Positions 59,286 to 64,000 of a DNA stretch of 64,000 nt are shown here, one piece after another. The DNA is from Lama guanicoe. Taxonomy: Eukaryota. Below the pieces are notes generated by a model that saw only the letters and a program-made list of their open reading frames with translations, ran no database searches and had not been told where the DNA came from. The stretch lies in assembly GCA_013239625.1 (NCBI GenBank), contig MU054323.1, positions 124,001 to 188,000 of the forward strand. Reading direction: 5' to 3'. A program made the translations under genes and the position numbers. The first letter of the stretch is position 1. The number at the start of each line of letters is the position of its first letter.

Positions 59286-61814
59286 CCTGTGGAGGTATCA
59301 CTAGAACTACCTTTCTTTGGATTTAAAGGGGAAAAAAATCGATTTCGAGTAACTGTGACAGCACCAAGGAACAAGAGCTTGATTAAGGTCAGAAAAAAGG
59401 ACATTGTGAGTCATCAAGTCCCCGCTTTCAGGAGGAGTCGGCTGCATCATGTTATGAACCCTTCCTGTGATGAAGGTGCCTTTTCCATCTCTTCCCCACC
59501 AAGTCTCCTTCCAGTCCCTGCCCACGGAAGCTGTGAGCTGGGAGGGAGAGGAGGAACTGTCCCTTGAGCCTGGGAGTCTTTAGGCTGAGCAGTTGATGGG
59601 TCCCTCAGACATACCTGTAATATGCAACGACATTTTGAGACTGGGTGATGGCCCCTCTTGGACCTCTTCACACACATCACCTGAAGGGTCCCACCCTCAT
59701 TCAGGCGGCAGGAAGACTGTGAGCATAAGAAGGCAGGACTTACGAACCCTTCCTTTGCATCTCCAGAAGGAGGGCACCAGGGGTGTGAAAGGACTCTAGG
59801 ACAAGGAGTCAGGCAGACCTGGCTTCATGGAGCCTCAGTTTTGATGGGAAAAGTTGTGTTCATAATTTCTGCCTTGAGGGCCTTCAGATGCTGTTGGGAG
59901 CATCAAATAGGGTACCTGGTTTGCAAACACTTTGGAAACTGTGAGCTGCGGAAGTTGAGACTGAGGAGGAGAAAGGCCATTTTGGGTCCTGGCTACCTTG
60001 CCATCTTAAGATGTCCCCACCTGCTTCTCTTTCTTCTTACTGGGCTGTGGTGCACTTGGCTTTGGCTCAAATCCATGTGCTCCATCATCGACTCTCAGTG
60101 GGATCAGCCTGCTAGCATTGCCACCATGGAAGCCATGTGGCAGACCCTGGGTCTGTGGGCTCCCAGACCTACCTCCACCACTCCCACTGGCACTCACAGC
60201 CTGATGGTCTTTCCATTTGCCCATCACTCAATGCCAGGAGCACATTAACTGAAACATTTTCTCTCCTGATATGCTGTGGAGGGTGTGTCTACAGGACATT
60301 TTCCAAAAATAATATTTTTGCTTTCCAGCAGCAAAATACACAGAATTCGTTCTTGTCATTTTTGAATCTCTGTCAAGAACTCAACGCATTCTTATTTAGA
60401 ACAATATAACAATCTGACTTCTGTTTGGGCCCCTCAGTTCTTTTGTCCCTTCCAGCCAAGTGTGAAATATGCACTTCCTGGAGTAGACAGCAGCTCCTGA
60501 CAGGGTAGACAGTAACAAACGGAGCCAGAGGTGGGTGGGGGCCCTGGAACTGTGAGCCCAGCCCCTTTTGAATCTTTGGGTCATAAGGAAGATCAAAAAT
60601 AAATAGCTGGCAATAACTATCTGGTTACAATGGGTTGGCAACATCTTCTGGTTGTGCTTTGCAGTCAAGGATGGTGTGATGTCAAAGGCTGTTCCTAACC
60701 GACCCCGATATGTACCTCACTTCCCCCGATCAATGTCGCTCACACAAGGTGATCCCTCTGCCTGAGCACCTACGACCCCGTCTTAACCTCAGAGTCAACT
60801 TAAGTGTTATCTCCTCTGAAGACCTTCCCGATCATTCATCTAGTCAGTAAATGTTTGCTGAAATCTACAATGTGTCTGCATTTTTCGGATGGTGGTAATC
60901 AAGATCCAAATGCAGGTTAGCACTCCCTCCTCTGTGCTACGTCTATTTGTGTTCCTTCATCGTAGGTACAAGGAAACTGACGTCCAGAGAGGGGAGGTGA
61001 TCTTAAACCAAAGTGATGTAACAAGTGACCTGAGAGCACAGAGGTGCTGGGAGGCTTTGCCACTGCTCAAGGTTCCATAGATACCCTGGGTTACACATGT
61101 GGGCAGCTGGTCAACCCCTCATCTCTGCACAGTGGCCAGAGAGTCCCAGAGGCCTCAAGAGCAGGAGGACATTGTGGCTGTGTCTTACTCCAACCCAAGG
61201 TGTTGGGGTGCATCCTAGATGGGGCAAGAAGAGCTAGGCAGGGGGCTGGGGGGGGTGATGCATGATTCCAACAAGAGGTGATGGAGGTCAGGGTTGACGC
61301 ACCCAGCAGGGAAGCTGCCACATGCTACAGAGAAGGGGGTGATTACTAATCTAGATGATTCAGGCATCAAATTTAAGAATGAAGTCAGAATGTTGCAAAG
61401 ACATCTCTTGAGTTCTAAAGCTTGCCAAAGCCACGTCTAGGGCCAGACTGCTGCAGAGGGCTCAAAATCTTTTCTTTTTTCAAATTTCTTCTTTACTCTC
61501 AGCACTCATCTCTGCCTGGTTAATGAGTTTTTTTTGGATGTAAGAGAGAGTAATTTCCCCATGGGGTGGACTCCTTACCTTGCAGCAGACTCAGCTGGTA
61601 ACCAATAGAGAAGACGATGTCCCAGGGAGGTGAAGCTTTCGTTGCAAACTCTACTTTCAAAACATGTCCAGAACCTGACCACTCTCACTCCTTTAGTGTT
61701 ACCCCAGGCCTCAGCTCTCATCAACTCTCCTTTGGAAGACCAGAGGCTTCCTAACTAATTTCCCCAGTCTGTTTCCACATGACAGCCAGGGTGCTACTTT
61801 AGAACATAACTCCT

Positions 61815-62474
61815 TTCTCCAAAGATCTATAAATGGCCATAAACACATGAAAAGATGCTCAACATCATTAATCATTAGGAAACTGCAAATCGAGACCACA
61901 ATAACATACATTTCATACCTGTGAGGATGACTATAATTTTAAAAAAATGAAAAATAAACCAGTATTATTGAATATGTGGAGAAATTCGAATCCTAGTGCT
62001 GGTGGGAATGTAAAATGGTGCAGCCACTGTGGAAGACATTATGGAGTTTCCTTAAAAATTTAAACTCAGAATTACCATATGACTTGGCAATTTCACTCCT
62101 ATGTATATACCCGAAAGAATTGAAAATAGACATTTAAGTACTTGTACATGAATAGGAATAGCAGCAGTAATCACAACAGCCCAAAAGTGGAAATAACATA
62201 AATTTCCATCAATGGATAAATGCATAAACAAAATGTGGTGTAGACATGCAGTGGAGTACTATACAGTCATAAAAGGAATGATGTACTATGTGCTACAACT
62301 TATATGAACCTTAAACATCTTGCCTAGTGAAAGAAGCCAGACACAAAAGGCTATATATTTTAGGATCCCACTTATATGAGCCATCCAGAATGAACTGAAA
62401 TCCATAAAGGCAGATTGGTGGTTACCAGGGTCTAATGGGGGTATAGGGAAATGGGAAGTAACCATTTAATGGGT
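61815..62474 (+). mobile_element. L1MB-like ORF2-end/3'UTR fragment, 3'-truncated
   Basis: CACATGAAAAGATGCTCAACATCATTAATCATTAGG...GCTGGTGGGAATGTAAAATGGTGCAGCC...GATTGGTGGTTACCAGGG...TTTAATGGGTA. Confidence 0.85.
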
Positions 62475-63317
62475 ATTGTCTCCGCAGAATTTAAAAACAA
62501 CATTCGAACCACTAAAAGTCAGCCTGCTTTTTCTTATCACCATGTGCTGGCAATTCTAAACAACATCAGTGATAAAACATTCCTTTTCAAAATGTCTTCT
62601 GTGGATCTAAGTTCTAAACAATAGCTAGGATTACTCTGTGTGTGTGTCCATGTTATATAAACACATATGTATTATATTAAAAATTATATAAAAAAATATA
62701 TCAACACACACACATATATATGAGTTTTTAATCACTTATCCTTAGTAGGCATTGTATTCTTTGTAGAAGTTAATCTGGAGAACTTTCATGTATAATTGGC
62801 TCCCTCAGCACATATGGACCAAGCCAATGTGCCGGTTTTGAGAATAATTTTGTAATGGTCTCAAGTCCTTTGAATTGCTTTGGTGCAGAGTGTGTGTTCA
62901 ACCCCTGCGGTACCACTCATTACTGACTTTAAATAAGAGATGTGAAATACCGACAGCACAGGGGTTGTAAAGATAAAGAAACAGAACTTGAGTTTGTCAT
63001 TCTATCCTTCATGTGATCACTTGGAGCTTTTATTTGTGTTTAAAATTGAAAAGAGTCAAATGGTGCAAACTGTGAGGGGTACTATGTTTGTTCAGTAAAT
63101 GCAAAATTTAGTTTGTACATACACTATTTGACTGGATTTGTACAATATCTTTAAAAGTGAAATGCATTTTTCATTTTGAATTGTTAATTGCTTGTTTCGA
63201 AACTGAAGAAGTAACCAAGAAAAGGTTGATTATAACTGAAAATAATTTGGTTGTTTAGAGGAGGAGGTGTTAGAAAATGTTAAACCCTGGATGTCAAATA
63301 CACTAGACAAGCCATTA
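62475..63317 (+). mobile_element. MER97-like hAT-Tip100 element lacking its left terminus
   Basis: AGAATTTAAAAACAAC...TTATCACCATGTGCTGGCAATTCTAAACAAC; right end GGATGTCAAATACACTAGACAAGCCATTA. Confidence 0.7.
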
Positions 63318-63732
63318 GGCAAGACTCTTTTCCAAACACAAGCCTGACCCTGCAGCCCCCAAAGATTTAGACTCAAACCCCAAGGCCTCAGCGCAGACGT
63401 TCTTTGCCCAAATGCTCTGGCCAGTGGCACGGGCGGTTTCCAGGGCAGAAGTTGAGTGGGTGACTGGGTTCTGCTGGTGGGCTGGCCATGGGGAGGGGCT
63501 CCTTGAGCTCAGCCTCTTCCAGGCCCACTGTCAGCCTAGGCTGGCAGAGTTTACTCTCTGGAGAGGATAGAAGAAAAATGCAAATTGTTTGTGATTCAAG
63601 AGAAAGTGAGACTTATCATTACTTTGTGGAATTGTCTTTGTCAACTTCTTCAGCCTGCTCCCTGCTTTGGCACCAAAATAGACCCCTAACTATCCACAGG
63701 CAGCAATTGTTTCCTCCCCACTAAAATGTTTC

Positions 63733-63763
63733 CTTTTTCTTCTTCTTCTTCTTTTTTTTTTTT
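63733..63763. repeat. (TTC)n / poly(T) tract
   Basis: Seen directly. Confidence 0.9.
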
Positions 63764-63869
63764 AAGACATTTATATGGAGTGAAGAAATTAGGCAAAATA
63801 CGCAACAAGATTGTAGTAGTCCCATAATGTCCCCCAAACGATTAGCAAACCGAGCTCCCACTGAAATCC

Positions 63870-63990
63870 CTTGGCCTGCGGGGAGTTGCTGCCTTTGGGC
63901 AAGTCCTCTCCCAGGCTGAGTTCTTCTCACCTTTCAAATGGGGGTTCTGACCCTTGGCCTCTCTCCCTCTTACAGGATGCTCTGAGCTGC
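63870..63990 (+). mobile_element. MIR SINE fragment
   Basis: GCCTTTGGGCAAGTC...AGTTCTTCTCACCTTTCAAATGGGG. Confidence 0.6.
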
Positions 63991-64000
63991 ACTGTTCCCA

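Noticed and set aside
62480..63320. AT-rich segment considered as a foreign or viral insert
   Set aside because: Its ends match a MER97-like hAT element and it has no viral ORF.
63721..63930. ORF ending in poly-lysine
   Set aside because: Translation of the (TTC)n/poly(T) tract on the minus strand.
1..64000. The many 60-200 aa ORFs in the six-frame track
   Set aside because: No recognisable domains, overlapping on both strands, often inside repeats or GC-rich DNA; expected by chance. Only L1 ORF2 pieces are real coding remnants.

Overview
Mammalian non-coding DNA, most likely from a camelid (alpaca/llama/camel): it carries three copies of a tRNA-Ala-derived SINE of the Vic-1 type, cetartiodactyl-type L1 ends and a short Tigger1 derivative. 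I recognise no host protein-coding gene, RNA gene or CRISPR array. The only real protein-coding remnant is a 5'-truncated L1 ORF2 (26783-29081, minus strand) interrupted by a 106-N assembly gap. The rest is MIR/L2/L3-rich sequence with MaLR/ERVL/ERV1 solo LTRs, hAT and Tigger fossils, and several repeat-free, motif-dense blocks that look like enhancers. The most interesting structures are visible directly in the sequence: (1) a TSD-flanked ~360-bp element made of an L1 5'UTR head fused to an L1 3'UTR tail with no ORFs, possibly a spliced or non-autonomous L1 derivative (12919-13421); (2) a SINE that appears to have carried ~200 bp of old L1 ORF1 flank in a 3' transduction, bounded by a perfect 15-bp TSD (8712-9071); (3) two different hAT elements stacked in one target site inside a MaLR LTR. 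An RFX X-box cluster and a speculative + strand exon chain are weaker leads. Repeat subfamily names come from my recall of consensus sequences, not a database search, and boundaries of old repeats are approximate.
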